DNA of 64,000 bases, from assembly GCA_040756875.1 (NCBI GenBank), contig JBFLYH010000003.1, positions 160,001 through 224,000 on the forward strand. The letters run 5' to 3'. The position numbers and the translations under genes were made by a program. Of the stretch, positions 36,937-48,165 are shown piece after piece. The notes below the pieces were generated by a model. That model saw nothing but the letters and a program-made list of their open reading frames with translations, was not told the origin of the DNA and ran no database searches. The stretch is from a candidate division FCPU426 bacterium. Its GTDB lineage: Bacteria; Oederibacteriota; JAAXVQ01; JAUVAV01. Within the stretch, counting starts at the first letter, position 1, and each line of letters opens with the position of its first letter.

Positions 36937-38073
36937 CTATTTGACGGTGCGCCCGGTCCAGATGCTGTTCAGGATCCCCAGCAGGCTGAACACCGCGATC
37001 AGCGAGGACCCGCCGTAGGAAATCAGGGGCAGGGTCATGCCGGTCACGGGCAGAATGCCCGACGCCACGCCCAGGTTGACCGTGATTTGGGTGAACAGCA
37101 TGGTCGTCAGGCCGATGGCGGTCAGGCTGCCTTCCAGGTCCCGGGCCGAACGGGCCACGCGCAACGCCTGCAGCAGCAGGAGGATGAAAAGCAGCACCAC
37201 CACCAGCGCGCCCACGAACCCCCACTCCTCGGCCAGCACGGAAAAAATGAAATCCGTGTGGTGCTCGGGCACGAAACGCAGCTGCCCCTGCGTGCCGGAA
37301 AGCCAGCCCTTGCCGGTGAGCATCCCGGACCCGATCGCGATTTTGGACTGGATGACGTTGTAGCCCGCGCCCAGCGTGTCGCTGCTGGGATTCAAAAAGA
37401 CCAGCAGCCGGCGGCGCTGGTAATCCTTGAGCAGCAGCCAGACCAGGGGCGAGGCCAGCAGCCCGGCGCCGACCGTTCCCAGCAGGCGCCGGAGCGGCAC
37501 GCCCTGCACGAACAGCAGCACCAGCACCATGGGAATGAACACCAGGGCCGTGCCCAAGTCGGGCTCGCGCAGGATCAGGAGCATGGGCAGCCCGGCCAGG
37601 AGCAGCGCGCCCCAGAACGTGCCCCATTCGTGCGTGCGGTCGTGCCGGTTGGCCAGGAACTTCGCCAGCACCAGCACGGTCGCGATTTTGGCGAACTCCG
37701 AGGGCTGAATGCCGAAGGGCCCGAGGGACAGCCAGCGCCGCGAACCGGCGATCTCCTCGCCCGCGGCCAGCAGCAACGCCAGCAGCACGACCAGCGCCCA
37801 ATACGCCGGGAACGAATAGCGTTCGATCAGCACCTGGTAGTTGAGCGAGGCGAAAAACAGCATGGCCAGCAGGCTCAGGGACAGCCAGACGACCTGCTTC
37901 AGGTACAGCACCTGGGCGCCGGTCTTGCTGAAGGTCGCGGCATAGACCATGGCGACGCCGATCGCGGCCAGCAGCAACGCCGGCAGCAACACGGTCAAAT
38001 CGATTTCCCGGACAAGACGCAGGGTCCTCGCGGCCCTACGGGGTCTCCAGGTCCTGAGAGCTGGCAGCGCCAA
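36937..38073 (-). CDS. rodA: Rod shape-determining protein RodA
   Basis: IQPSEFAK, EPDLGT, QSKIAIGSG, PEHHTDFIF, LPLISYGGSS. Confidence 0.95.
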   Translation of the reverse strand: MALPALRTWRPRRAARTLRLVREIDLTVLLPALLLAAIGVAMVYAATFSKTGAQVLYLKQVVWLSLSLLAMLFFASLNYQVLIERYSFPAYWALVVLLALLLAAGEEIAGSRRWLSLGPFGIQPSEFAKIATVLVLAKFLANRHDRTHEWGTFWGALLLAGLPMLLILREPDLGTALVFIPMVLVLLFVQGVPLRRLLGTVGAGLLASPLVWLLLKDYQRRRLLVFLNPSSDTLGAGYNVIQSKIAIGSGMLTGKGWLSGTQGQLRFVPEHHTDFIFSVLAEEWGFVGALVVVLLFILLLLQALRVARSARDLEGSLTAIGLTTMLFTQITVNLGVASGILPVTGMTLPLISYGGSSLIAVFSLLGILNSIWTGRTVK

Positions 38074-39841
38074 AATAGGCCTCCAACATGTCCCGGGCCA
38101 GGGGTGCGGCCTGGCTGCCGCCCCCGCCCGCGTTTTCCAGATACACCAGCACCGCGACCTCGGGCTTGTTGGCCGGAGCGTACGCGGCGAAGCCCGCGTG
38201 GTCCTCGCCGTGCGGGTTCTGCGCGGTGGCGGTTTTGCCCGCCACCAGAATGTCGTCCAGCTGGGCGCGCTTGCCCGTGCCCTGCCGCTTCTGCACCACG
38301 TTGAGCAGGCCGCGCTGCAGCAGGTCCCAGGTCTCGGACGAGGCCGGCACCTTGGTCAGCAGGGCGGGCTGGACTTCGTGGATCAGGCGGCCGGAGCGGC
38401 TCTGGACCGCCTTGAGCAGGTGCGGCTTGTACACCGGGCCGCGGTTCGCGACCGCGACGATGGTGCCGAGAATCTGCAGGGGCGTGGCCAGGATGAACCC
38501 CTGGCCGATGGACATCATCACCGTGTTGCCCGGGAACCACGGCATGTTCTGCGTGCGTTCCTTCCACTGGGCGCTGGGCACCAGGCCCGCGAGCTCGTTG
38601 GGCAGGTCCACGCCCGTGGCCTGGCCGTAGCCGAAGATCTTGGCCCACCGGCCCAGCTTGTCGATCTTCACGCGCAGGCCGAGATGGTAGTAATAGATGT
38701 CGCAGGATTCCACCAGGGACCGGTGCGCGCTCACCAGGCCGTGGCCCTCGGACTGCCAGCAGCGATAGGGCCAGGTGGAGATCCAGAACACGCCCTTGCA
38801 CAGGAACGTCTGCTGGGGCGTGACCAGGTGCTCCTCCAGCGCGGACACCAGGGTCACGATCTTGAAGATGGAGCCCGGCGGATACAGCCCCTGCATGGCC
38901 CGGTTGGTCAGCGGATAATCCCGGTCCTGGCGGAGCTTTTCCCATTCGGCCTGGGTCAGGCCGCGGGCGAAGCCGTTGGGGTCGAAGGAAGGCGACGAGG
39001 CCATGGCCAGGATGCCGCCGGTTTTGACTTCCTCGAGGAGGATGACGCCCTTCTGCTTGCCCAGCAGCTCCTCGGCCCTGGCCTGCAGCCTGCGGTCCAG
39101 CGTCAGGATCAGGTTGTGGCCGGGCCAGGGGTCCTCGCGCCCGAGAATGCCTTTCTGCCGACCCAGGGCGTCCACTTCGATGTGCAGCCAGCCGTTGCGC
39201 CCCTTCAGGTACTGGTCATAGGCCTTCTCCACGCCCAGCTGGCCGATGATGTCCCCGGTCTGGTAGCCGTCCCGCAGCGCCAGTTCGTGCTCGGAAATTT
39301 CGCCCACGTATCCCAGCACGTGGAAGCCCAAGGCGCCCTGAGGGTAATTGCGCCGGGACTCGGTGAACACCACCACGCCCGGCAGCTCCGGCCGGTGCTC
39401 CTCGACGCGCGAGGCGGTGAAGCGGTCGATGTTGGTTTTGAGGCGCAGCGGTTCGTAGTAGCGCAGGCCCCGGTTCTTCAGCTTGGTCTCCACTTCGTCC
39501 CGGCTCAAGCCCAGCAGCGATTCCAGAAGCGTCAGGGCCTGCTGCCGGCTGTCGGCGTCCGAGGGAAACAGCGCCGGGATCAGCGCCACGCTGAAGGTGG
39601 GCACGTTGCCCACCAGGAGCTCGCCGTTGCGGTCGTAAATCAGCCCCCGCTGGGCCTTGATCGGCACCAGGCGGATCCGGTTGCGCAGGGAGAGTTCGCG
39701 GTAGCGGGAGCCTTCCCACACTTGCAGGTAGGCCAGCCGCACCACCAGCAGACCCAGGCAGGCCACCATGATCGTGCCCAGGAGCCGGATGCGCTTGCGG
39801 AATTTTTCGGTCTTGCGCTCGAGAAATTGTTCCCACAGCAT
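38036..39841 (-). CDS. mrdA: Penicillin-binding protein 2
   Basis: RGLIYDRNG, PPGSIFK (SxxK), SCD, KTAT; start moved to MLWEQF. Confidence 0.95.
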   Translation of the reverse strand: MLWEQFLERKTEKFRKRIRLLGTIMVACLGLLVVRLAYLQVWEGSRYRELSLRNRIRLVPIKAQRGLIYDRNGELLVGNVPTFSVALIPALFPSDADSRQQALTLLESLLGLSRDEVETKLKNRGLRYYEPLRLKTNIDRFTASRVEEHRPELPGVVVFTESRRNYPQGALGFHVLGYVGEISEHELALRDGYQTGDIIGQLGVEKAYDQYLKGRNGWLHIEVDALGRQKGILGREDPWPGHNLILTLDRRLQARAEELLGKQKGVILLEEVKTGGILAMASSPSFDPNGFARGLTQAEWEKLRQDRDYPLTNRAMQGLYPPGSIFKIVTLVSALEEHLVTPQQTFLCKGVFWISTWPYRCWQSEGHGLVSAHRSLVESCDIYYYHLGLRVKIDKLGRWAKIFGYGQATGVDLPNELAGLVPSAQWKERTQNMPWFPGNTVMMSIGQGFILATPLQILGTIVAVANRGPVYKPHLLKAVQSRSGRLIHEVQPALLTKVPASSETWDLLQRGLLNVVQKRQGTGKRAQLDDILVAGKTATAQNPHGEDHAGFAAYAPANKPEVAVLVYLENAGGGGSQAAPLARDMLEAYFGAASSQDLETP

Positions 39842-39964
39842 GGAGCCCCCCCGGCGTATTGTGCCGGGGTACCCCCTTTCATTTTTCACATTCAACTCCA
39901 GGGGGAGGGCGACATCCCCGGAGCAGGGCATTCTATTATTTACTTGAGTGGCCCGACGTCCCCT

Positions 39965-40015
39965 GCGACCGAAGGAAGTCCCCTATCCATCAAGTCGGGG
40001 CGAAGGGGATATAGG
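39965..40015 (+). repeat. GCGACCG-AGGAAGTCCC family repeat abutting the mreD stop
   Basis: GCGACCGAAGGAAGTCCC...CGAAGGGGATATAGG directly followed by the mreD stop (tca on +). Confidence 0.6.
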
Positions 40016-40528
40016 TCAATTCAAACGTAAATGATGCGCGTGCGGGTCTTCCCTGAGGTTCAGCCACTGGTCCAGCCCGAGGTACAGCCAGGGCCCGAGC
40101 AGGGCCTGGAACAGGGACAGGCCGGCCGCGCGCCCCAGCCAGATCCCGAACGGCAGGCTGGCGCCCAACAGGGTGTTGAGCCAGAACAGAGCCAGGAACT
40201 GGTGCAGCCAGGTGAACCCCAGCACGATCAGCAGCTGGGAGATGAAATTGTCCTGCACGAACCGGCGGCGCAAATACAGCGCCACGTACGCCACGCCCAG
40301 CAGCAGGAAGGCGTTGAACCCCATCCGGCCCCCGGCGGCGATGTCCTGCAGCAGCCCCGCGCTGAACGCCACCCACAGGCCGAGCGTGGTCTGGCGCCGC
40401 AGGGCCACGTACAGCACCCACAGGAGCACCAGGTCCGGGCCCAGGCCGGCGATGGACAGCGCGTGCACCCAGGTGGTTTGCAGGACCACGGCCAGCAGCG
40501 TGAACAAAGCGATCAATACCACGGACAC
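40016..40528 (-). CDS. mreD: Rod shape-determining protein MreD
   Basis: LQTT...PDLVLL...GLLQD...G; hydrophobic; located between mreC and mrdA. Confidence 0.88.
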   Translation of the reverse strand: MSVVLIALFTLLAVVLQTTWVHALSIAGLGPDLVLLWVLYVALRRQTTLGLWVAFSAGLLQDIAAGGRMGFNAFLLLGVAYVALYLRRRFVQDNFISQLLIVLGFTWLHQFLALFWLNTLLGASLPFGIWLGRAAGLSLFQALLGPWLYLGLDQWLNLREDPHAHHLRLN

Positions 40529-40530
40529 GT

Positions 40531-41349
40531 TCAATTCTCCGGCAGCAGGATCAAAAAGCGGTCCTGGTTCTTGAAATCCACGCAGGGTTTGAGGCGGATG
40601 TCCAGCATCAGCCCGTTTTCCGCCGGGGCCACGCTCACCACGTCGCCGATGGGCAGGCCGGCCGGAAAGAGCGTGCTCAGGTGGGAGGTGACCACGCGGT
40701 CGCCGGCCCGGACGTCCTCGCCGCCGGCCACGTACACCATGCGCAGCGTGTCTTCGCCCGTGCCCTTGACCGTGCCGTGCACTTTCGAGCGCTCCACCCA
40801 GCCCGCGACCGAGCTCTGGGAATCGACCATCAGCATCACCGTGGCCGAGAAGGGGTTCACGTCCTGCACCCGGCCGGCCACGCCGGCCGGCGTGATCGCG
40901 CCCGAGCCGGCGGTCACGCCGTCGGTCGAGCCGCGGTCCACCACCACCCGCTCCAGCCAGCTCACCGGGTCGCGGGCGATGACCTCGGCCGGCAGGAACG
41001 ACCACTCGGTGCGGCGCTTGTATTCCAGTTCAGTGCGCAGTTGCTCGTTCTCGCGGGCCTGCTCCCGCAGCAGCTGGTTGCGCAGGCTGAGTTTTTCGAC
41101 CTGGGAGGAAAGCTCCTGGTTTTCTCGGCGCAGGGAACTGAGCGAGGTGAAGAAGGAGACCCACCCCTGGGCCGTGCGGACCAGGGAGGAGGAGGCTTTT
41201 TGGAACGGAAAAACCACCAGGGACACGGTCTGGCGCAGCGTGCGCCCGAAAATGCCGGGCTGGCGCAGGGACAGCACCATGCCCAGCGAGACCAGCACCA
41301 GCAGCGCAAAGATGATCTCGCGGCGCCATTTCCACAGGAAATCAGGCAC
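40531..41349 (-). CDS. mreC: Rod shape-determining protein MreC
   Basis: TM, coiled coil ENEQLR, AEVIARDP, GDRVVTS..FPAGLPIG. Confidence 0.93.
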   Translation of the reverse strand: MPDFLWKWRREIIFALLVLVSLGMVLSLRQPGIFGRTLRQTVSLVVFPFQKASSSLVRTAQGWVSFFTSLSSLRRENQELSSQVEKLSLRNQLLREQARENEQLRTELEYKRRTEWSFLPAEVIARDPVSWLERVVVDRGSTDGVTAGSGAITPAGVAGRVQDVNPFSATVMLMVDSQSSVAGWVERSKVHGTVKGTGEDTLRMVYVAGGEDVRAGDRVVTSHLSTLFPAGLPIGDVVSVAPAENGLMLDIRLKPCVDFKNQDRFLILLPEN

Positions 41350-41432
41350 GCCGTCCTCCTGGGGACGGGACTTCTTCGCTTGCTCCGCAGCTGTACCAGC
41401 GGAGGCCTATTTTATTTATAAGGGGCAATCTG

Positions 41433-42596
<1,164 letters not shown>

Positions 42597-42878
42597 TTAG
42601 GACCGGCGGGTTCCGCGGGATTTCTTCCGAGCCGCGGGTTTCGTCCGGGAACGGGCGGGTTTGCGGCCCGTCCTTTTGGAAACGGCCGGGCCGGATGCAG
42701 GCGCCGCCACCGCAGCGGCCGAAACAGCCGCGGCCGGCGAGGCCGCGGCCTTGGGCTTGATGCCCAGCCAGGAAGACATCAAATCCACCACATCCCGGTC
42801 CGTCCATTCCGCGACGGCCATAGCGAAGATCAGAAACAGCACCAATAAAACGGCTAAAAACCCGATAAGCAAGCCCAC
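42597..42878 (-). CDS. Small hypothetical protein: N-terminal TM and basic low-complexity tail
   Basis: GTG start with AGGAGG RBS; hydrophobic N-terminus, Ala/Lys/Arg-rich tail. Confidence 0.5.
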   Translation of the reverse strand: MGLLIGFLAVLLVLFLIFAMAVAEWTDRDVVDLMSSWLGIKPKAAASPAAAVSAAAVAAPASGPAVSKRTGRKPARSRTKPAARKKSRGTRRS

Positions 42879-42949
42879 TGCGTTTTCCTCCTGAAAATGT
42901 GGGCCAATTATACCCATTTGCCCTGGCACCCGCAATAGGTTTTTTGCGG

Positions 42950-42977
42950 TTGCAACCCGGGACTGATTTGCTATAAT
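42950..42977 (+). promoter_or_regulatory. Sigma70-type promoter (extended -10)
   Basis: TTGCAA-16 bp-TATAAT with a TG extension. Confidence 0.6.
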
Positions 42978-43032
42978 GGCCGCCTATTTCAATGAATTTT
43001 TCCCCGTTCAGGAAAGGACCGGACCCTCGGCC

Positions 43033-44550
43033 ATGATGAATCTGATGCGCAAGTACACGAAAATCGTGCTCTGGATCGTGGTGGCGGCCTTCGTGGCCAC
43101 CATCTTCTTCGTCTGGGGCATGGACCTGGGCAAACGCCAGCAGTCCCTGGAACTCGCTTCCGCCGCCATGGTGAACGGCGAGCCGATCAGTTACGAGGAA
43201 TTCGGCCGGTATTGGGAGCAGCAGTACCGGCAGCTCTTCGGGCAGACCGACGAAGAGCCCTCGCCCCAGGAGGTCCGGAGGCTGCGCGAGGACCTGGTGG
43301 ACAACCTGATCGACAGCCTCCTGCTGCGCCAGCTGGCCAAACGCCTCAAGCTCAGCGTGCTGGACGAGGAGGTGGCGTCGCGCATCTACAACCAGCCGGC
43401 GTTCCAGCAGAACGGCAAGTTCTCCCAGGAAAAATACCTGCAGCTCCTCAATTACAGCCGGATCTCGCCCGCGGAATTCGAGCAGGAACAGGCCCAGGGC
43501 ATCCTGATCGCGAAAGTCAACCAGGCCCTGCGCGACATGCTGGTGGTCACGGACGAAGACGTGCGCGCCTATTACCAAAGCCGCATGCGCAAGCTGAAGC
43601 TCCAGGTCGTGGAATTCCCCTGGCAGCGCTATCTTCCCCGCGTCGAGATCCCCGAAACCCAGATCGAGGAGTACTACCAGTACCACCGCGCCGAATTCGA
43701 CCAGCCCGAGGAAGTGGCGGCCTCGCACATCCTGGTGCGCACCAGCGCCAACGCCACGGAAGAGGAAAAACTGACCGCCAAGCTCAAGCTCGAAAACCTG
43801 CGCAATGAGATCGTCAAGGGCAAGGATTTCGCGGAGATGGCCCGCGAGCATTCGGACGACCCGGGCAGCGCGTCCAAAGGCGGGGACCTGGGCTATTTTA
43901 AGCGCGGCGCCATGGTCAAGCCGTTTGAGGAAGCCGCCTTCAAGCTCAAGGCGGGCGAACTTTCGGCCCCGGTGGAAACGCCCTTCGGCTATCACCTCAT
44001 CAAGGTGACCGGCCGCAAGGAAGCCAAACCCTCCACCCTGGCGGGCGTGCGCAGCCAGATCGTGGAGCGCCTGAAGAACGCCGAAGCCAAGCGCCAAGCC
44101 CAGCGCGCCGCCGCCGAGTTCCACCTCCTGCTCAAAGACGTCCGCGACCTGTCCAAAGCCGCCGCCCAGTCCGGGCTGGCCGTCACCAGCACGGACTGGC
44201 TCCGCGCCGGGGATGCGCTGCCGAAAGTGGCGGATTCCAAAACCATCGTGGACCAGGCCTTTGACCTGCCGCTCAACCAACCCGGCCAGCCGATGTTCGC
44301 GGGCGAGAACGTCGTCTTCGTGCAGGGCGTGGCCGAACAGATCCAGCCGTGGGACGAAACCAAATACCTTGCCGAGCGCGACGCCCTGCGCGAAAAGCTG
44401 AAATCCCTGCGGGGCAACCAGGCCATCCACGACTGGCTGGCCAATGCCCGCAAGACCGCCAAAATCACGAATAACATCATCAAGGAAAAGGACGAAGAGC
44501 AGCAACCAGGCGCCGAAGCGGCGCCCGCGGCCGAGCCGGCGAAGCAATAA
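43033..44550 (+). CDS. PpiD/SurA-like parvulin peptidyl-prolyl isomerase chaperone
   Basis: N-terminal TM, SurA-N domain, ASHILV...[36 protein letters not shown]. Confidence 0.9.
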   Translation: MMNLMRKYTKIVLWIVVAAFVATIFFVWGMDLGKRQQSLELASAAMVNGEPISYEEFGRYWEQQYRQLFGQTDEEPSPQEVRRLREDLVDNLIDSLLLRQLAKRLKLSVLDEEVASRIYNQPAFQQNGKFSQEKYLQLLNYSRISPAEFEQEQAQGILIAKVNQALRDMLVVTDEDVRAYYQSRMRKLKLQVVEFPWQRYLPRVEIPETQIEEYYQYHRAEFDQPEEVAASHILVRTSANATEEEKLTAKLKLENLRNEIVKGKDFAEMAREHSDDPGSASKGGDLGYFKRGAMVKPFEEAAFKLKAGELSAPVETPFGYHLIKVTGRKEAKPSTLAGVRSQIVERLKNAEAKRQAQRAAAEFHLLLKDVRDLSKAAAQSGLAVTSTDWLRAGDALPKVADSKTIVDQAFDLPLNQPGQPMFAGENVVFVQGVAEQIQPWDETKYLAERDALREKLKSLRGNQAIHDWLANARKTAKITNNIIKEKDEEQQPGAEAAPAAEPAKQ

Positions 44551-44709
44551 TCCTCCTTCCCCAGGGGCGTGCCCGTCGACGCCCCTGCCTTGACCGGCCC
44601 TCTCCTGCCGGCTTTCACCTGCGTCCATCTTTTCAGGTCATTTTCTTTTCACAGCCGCCGTTTAACTGATATGATTGTATCGATTTTTTACCCGCCGTTG
44701 GAGGCTGCC

Positions 44710-46038
44710 TTGCGTCTTTCATTCTTTGTTCAGGCATTCCTCTCCGCTGCCTGGGCCGCGCTGCTGCTGCCCTGGCCGGCCGGGGCCGGGCAGCAGAATT
44801 TTCCGGCCGCAGCCAGTGCCAACGCCTTCCTGGAAGTGGGCATCGGCTCGCGGGCCGTGGGCATGGGCGAGGCCTTCACCGCGGTCGCGGACGACGTCAG
44901 CAGCCTGTACTGGAACCCGGCGGGCCTGGGCGGGCTGAAGTCCGCGCAGGTGCTGCTCATGCACAACCAGTGGCTGCAGAACGTGCTCTTCGAACACGGC
45001 GCGGTTTCCGCGCCCCTGCCGGCCGGCAGCCTGGCCGCCTCCGTTACCTTCGTGAATTACGGCACCATGGACAAAATCGACGACGCCGGCCGGGTCACGG
45101 GCAGCTTCAGCGCGTATGATCTGAGCCTCGCGCTCGGCTACGGGCTGGATCTGTCCCCTGCCCTCAGCGCCGGCCTGGCGGTTAAACTGCCTTGGTCGCA
45201 GGTGGACCAGCAGAACACTTTTTCCTTGGCCGCGGACGCGGGGCTGCTTTACCGCTGGCCGGGCTGGGAGCCGCTGCGCATCGGATTGGCCTTGCGGAAC
45301 CTCGGCACCCGCGTGCAGGATTACAGCCAGCCGCTGCAGTCCCGGCTGGGCGTGGCGCTGGTCAACTGGCCGCAAAACCTGGTCTTCAGCCTGGACGCGG
45401 ACTGGCGCCCGCTGGAAAACAGCTGGCGGGGCGAGCTCGGCGCGGAATACCGCTGCTTCGGCCTGCTGGCCGCCCGGGCGGGCTACCAGCACCCGTTCGC
45501 CGAAACCGGGCTGGGCTCCGGGTTGTCCGGTTTGACGCTGGGCGCGGGGTTCAGCCAGCGCTTTGCGGAGACGGTCTTCAACCTGGATTATGTGTTCGTG
45601 CCTTACGGCGATCTGGGTTCGACCCACCGCCTGGCCTTGACCGTGGAACTGGGCGCGCCCCCTGCCAGCCGGCCGCAAACTGCCCCGGCCCGGACCGCGG
45701 AAAAAGCTCCGGCCCAGCCGGCGGCTCCGGAGCCGTCAGCCGAACCCGAGGCCGCGCCGCCGTTGCTGCCGCCGGTCAAACTCACGGTGTCGCCCCAGGG
45801 CCGGCGCGTCATGCTGTCGTGGGCGCCGGCTGCATCCAGCCGGCCTTCCGGATATCAGGTGTACATGAAAGCCGCCAAAGGCCGCTGGACCAAAGTGAAC
45901 TCCAGGCCCGTCACCCAGACGAAGTACACCCTCTCCCAACTGGCCCGGAAAAAAACTTATGAATTCAAGGTGACGGCCGTGGACGCGTCCGGCCAAGAGA
46001 GCGAAAGCAGCCAGGCCGCCAGGTGCTTTGTCAAGTAA
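44710..46038 (+). CDS. PorV/PorQ-family outer-membrane barrel with C-terminal fibronectin type III domain
   Basis: FLEVGIGSRAVGMGEAFTAVADDVSSLYWNPAGL...LDYVFVPYGDLGSTHRLAL; Pro/Ala linker; FN3 (LSW..GYQVY..YEFKVTAVD..ES). TTG start after GGAGG. Confidence 0.82.
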   Translation: MRLSFFVQAFLSAAWAALLLPWPAGAGQQNFPAAASANAFLEVGIGSRAVGMGEAFTAVADDVSSLYWNPAGLGGLKSAQVLLMHNQWLQNVLFEHGAVSAPLPAGSLAASVTFVNYGTMDKIDDAGRVTGSFSAYDLSLALGYGLDLSPALSAGLAVKLPWSQVDQQNTFSLAADAGLLYRWPGWEPLRIGLALRNLGTRVQDYSQPLQSRLGVALVNWPQNLVFSLDADWRPLENSWRGELGAEYRCFGLLAARAGYQHPFAETGLGSGLSGLTLGAGFSQRFAETVFNLDYVFVPYGDLGSTHRLALTVELGAPPASRPQTAPARTAEKAPAQPAAPEPSAEPEAAPPLLPPVKLTVSPQGRRVMLSWAPAASSRPSGYQVYMKAAKGRWTKVNSRPVTQTKYTLSQLARKKTYEFKVTAVDASGQESESSQAARCFVK

Positions 46039-46078
46039 TGCCTGCCGGTCCGAATCGCGCTGTCTTGCAGAGGGGCCT

Positions 46079-48142
46079 ATGCCTGATGTGAAGCGGATAG
46101 CCGCCATCGCAGTTTCCTTTTCCTGCCTGTTTTCCGCCTGGACTCCGGCCGCCTTCTCTGTTCCGGCCGTTTCGCAGGTTTCCGGAACCATCGGGCACGG
46201 CCAGACAATCACCGTTTCCGGTTCCGGATTCGGAACCAAAACCCCGGCCGCGCCCCTGTGGTGGGACGACGCCGAAGGTGCGGCTGACGGGGCAATTGCC
46301 AGCCGGACGGCCGAGATCCCGCACGTGGTTTCTTTTCTTTCCGGAAGCGCCAAACACTACAATGATTTCTGGCCGATCGACCTGACCGGGACCGACGCGG
46401 CTGACAACATGACCTACCGCAGCGAAGGGTACAAAGGCACGGCCGGCCCCCATGCGCACGGGTCCAAATACCTGGTGGGGTGCCACAATGCCGCCGGCGA
46501 ATGCCTGGGAGGCGAGGCCGCCCAGACCGTGGCGCTCAATGTCGCGGACATCTCCAACAAAGTCCCGAAAGACACATGGTATGTTTCCTATTATTACCGC
46601 ATGGCCTCGGACTGGCCGGATTACGCAGTGGGCAACAATTACAAGGAAGTGAACTGGGAAACCATCGGCCCCAACTACCACATCTATGACGACATGGGCA
46701 ATTACGACGCTGTGGGTGCCTGCAGCGGCGGCACCGGCGGGCTGCGGCGCTCCCCGCCATGCAAAGAAGCGTGGATCGCGGTCGACAACATCAATATTCT
46801 GGCGACCCTGGAGGGCGGCACCTACGCAGGCGCGAGCGGCGCGTCCCTTCTGACCGACGCGTCCAAAAATTGGCCGGCCAATTACTGGGTCAACGCGTAT
46901 TTGTGGAACCGCACCGACGGCTCGCGGGGCCTGGTGACGGCCAACGACGCCCAGACCGCGACCTGCGCGTTGTCCGGCGGGACCAACAACGTTTGGAACG
47001 CCGGCGATTCCTACGCCTTCAGCCCCTCCGGCGCCTCGCTGCCCGGCCCCTTGGGCGCGTCCTGGAACAACTGCGTGGACCTGCAAAACCAGGGCGGCCC
47101 GGTCGTGACCTATGACACCGGCGTCAAAAACCCGGTCTTCCAGTGGGTCCATTACGAACGCCTGCAGTCGTATCCCGCCAGTTTCTATAAAAAACTTTCC
47201 GACAACGTGGTGGAGCTGGACACCACCTTGCGCACGGGCTGCCATTTGGACCTGTACCACGGCCACGCCGCGGCCGTGACCATCGGCGGCTATTACGGCA
47301 AGGACACGTGCGCCAGCTGCAACGGCACCATCGTGCGCGGCATCACCACCGCCAATTTCAATACCGTATGCGTCCCCCTGTTCGACGCCTGGCAGGCTTC
47401 CTACGACTACGCCGTGGGCGACAAAGTCCGCGCCACCACGCCCAACGGCTATGTGTACCGGGTCAGCGCCGACAGCGGCGTCTCCGGAGGCACGGAACCG
47501 GCCTGGCCGGCCACAGGCACAGTCGTGGACGGGCAGCTGACCTGGACCACCGAAGGCGTGGCCAGCTATCTGCAAACCGGCCTGGACGACCGCGCTTGCC
47601 GCTACTTCGACGACCTGTACGTGGACAACACCTTCTCCCGCGTCGTGCTGGCCGACAACCCGGATTACGACCTGGCCACGGTCATCGAACCCCAGATCCC
47701 CTCGGCCTGGTCCGACGGCTCGGTCACGATCAGGGTCAACGCCGGAAAGCTCGCGGACAACCAGCAGGCGTATGTGTTCGTTTTCGACGCCGCGAACCAG
47801 CACAACGCCGCCGGCTTCCCGGTGCTGCTGGGCGCCTCGCTCGCGCCGGCGGACACGCCCACCCCGGCTGTCCCGGCCGCAGGCACCGCCCGCCTGCTGC
47901 GCGTGGCCCCGCAGCCGGCCCGGGAAACCGCGGTCTTTCATTTCGCGGCCGCGGGCCAGGCCCGGGTCGAAATCAGCATCTTCAACTCCGCCGGCAGGCT
48001 GGTCAGCAAAGTCACCGGGACCGTCGGGGAGGGCGCAACGGACTTGGCCTGGGACGCGCGCTCCGTTCCGCCGGGAATCTATCTGTACCGCCTGGTTATC
48101 CAGAACCAGCCGGCTGGCACCGGAAAAATCGCGGTGCAATGA
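46079..48142 (+). CDS. Secreted multidomain protein with T9SS-like C-terminal domain
   Basis: Signal peptide, ITVSGSGFGTK (IPT-like), YFDDLYVDNT, CBM5/12-like AWQASYDYAVGDKV, tail APQPARE...WD...GIYLYR...KIAVQ. Confidence 0.7.
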   Translation: MPDVKRIAAIAVSFSCLFSAWTPAAFSVPAVSQVSGTIGHGQTITVSGSGFGTKTPAAPLWWDDAEGAADGAIASRTAEIPHVVSFLSGSAKHYNDFWPIDLTGTDAADNMTYRSEGYKGTAGPHAHGSKYLVGCHNAAGECLGGEAAQTVALNVADISNKVPKDTWYVSYYYRMASDWPDYAVGNNYKEVNWETIGPNYHIYDDMGNYDAVGACSGGTGGLRRSPPCKEAWIAVDNINILATLEGGTYAGASGASLLTDASKNWPANYWVNAYLWNRTDGSRGLVTANDAQTATCALSGGTNNVWNAGDSYAFSPSGASLPGPLGASWNNCVDLQNQGGPVVTYDTGVKNPVFQWVHYERLQSYPASFYKKLSDNVVELDTTLRTGCHLDLYHGHAAAVTIGGYYGKDTCASCNGTIVRGITTANFNTVCVPLFDAWQASYDYAVGDKVRATTPNGYVYRVSADSGVSGGTEPAWPATGTVVDGQLTWTTEGVASYLQTGLDDRACRYFDDLYVDNTFSRVVLADNPDYDLATVIEPQIPSAWSDGSVTIRVNAGKLADNQQAYVFVFDAANQHNAAGFPVLLGASLAPADTPTPAVPAAGTARLLRVAPQPARETAVFHFAAAGQARVEISIFNSAGRLVSKVTGTVGEGATDLAWDARSVPPGIYLYRLVIQNQPAGTGKIAVQ

Positions 48143-48165
48143 CCCGCCCTCAGGGAGCACGGACC

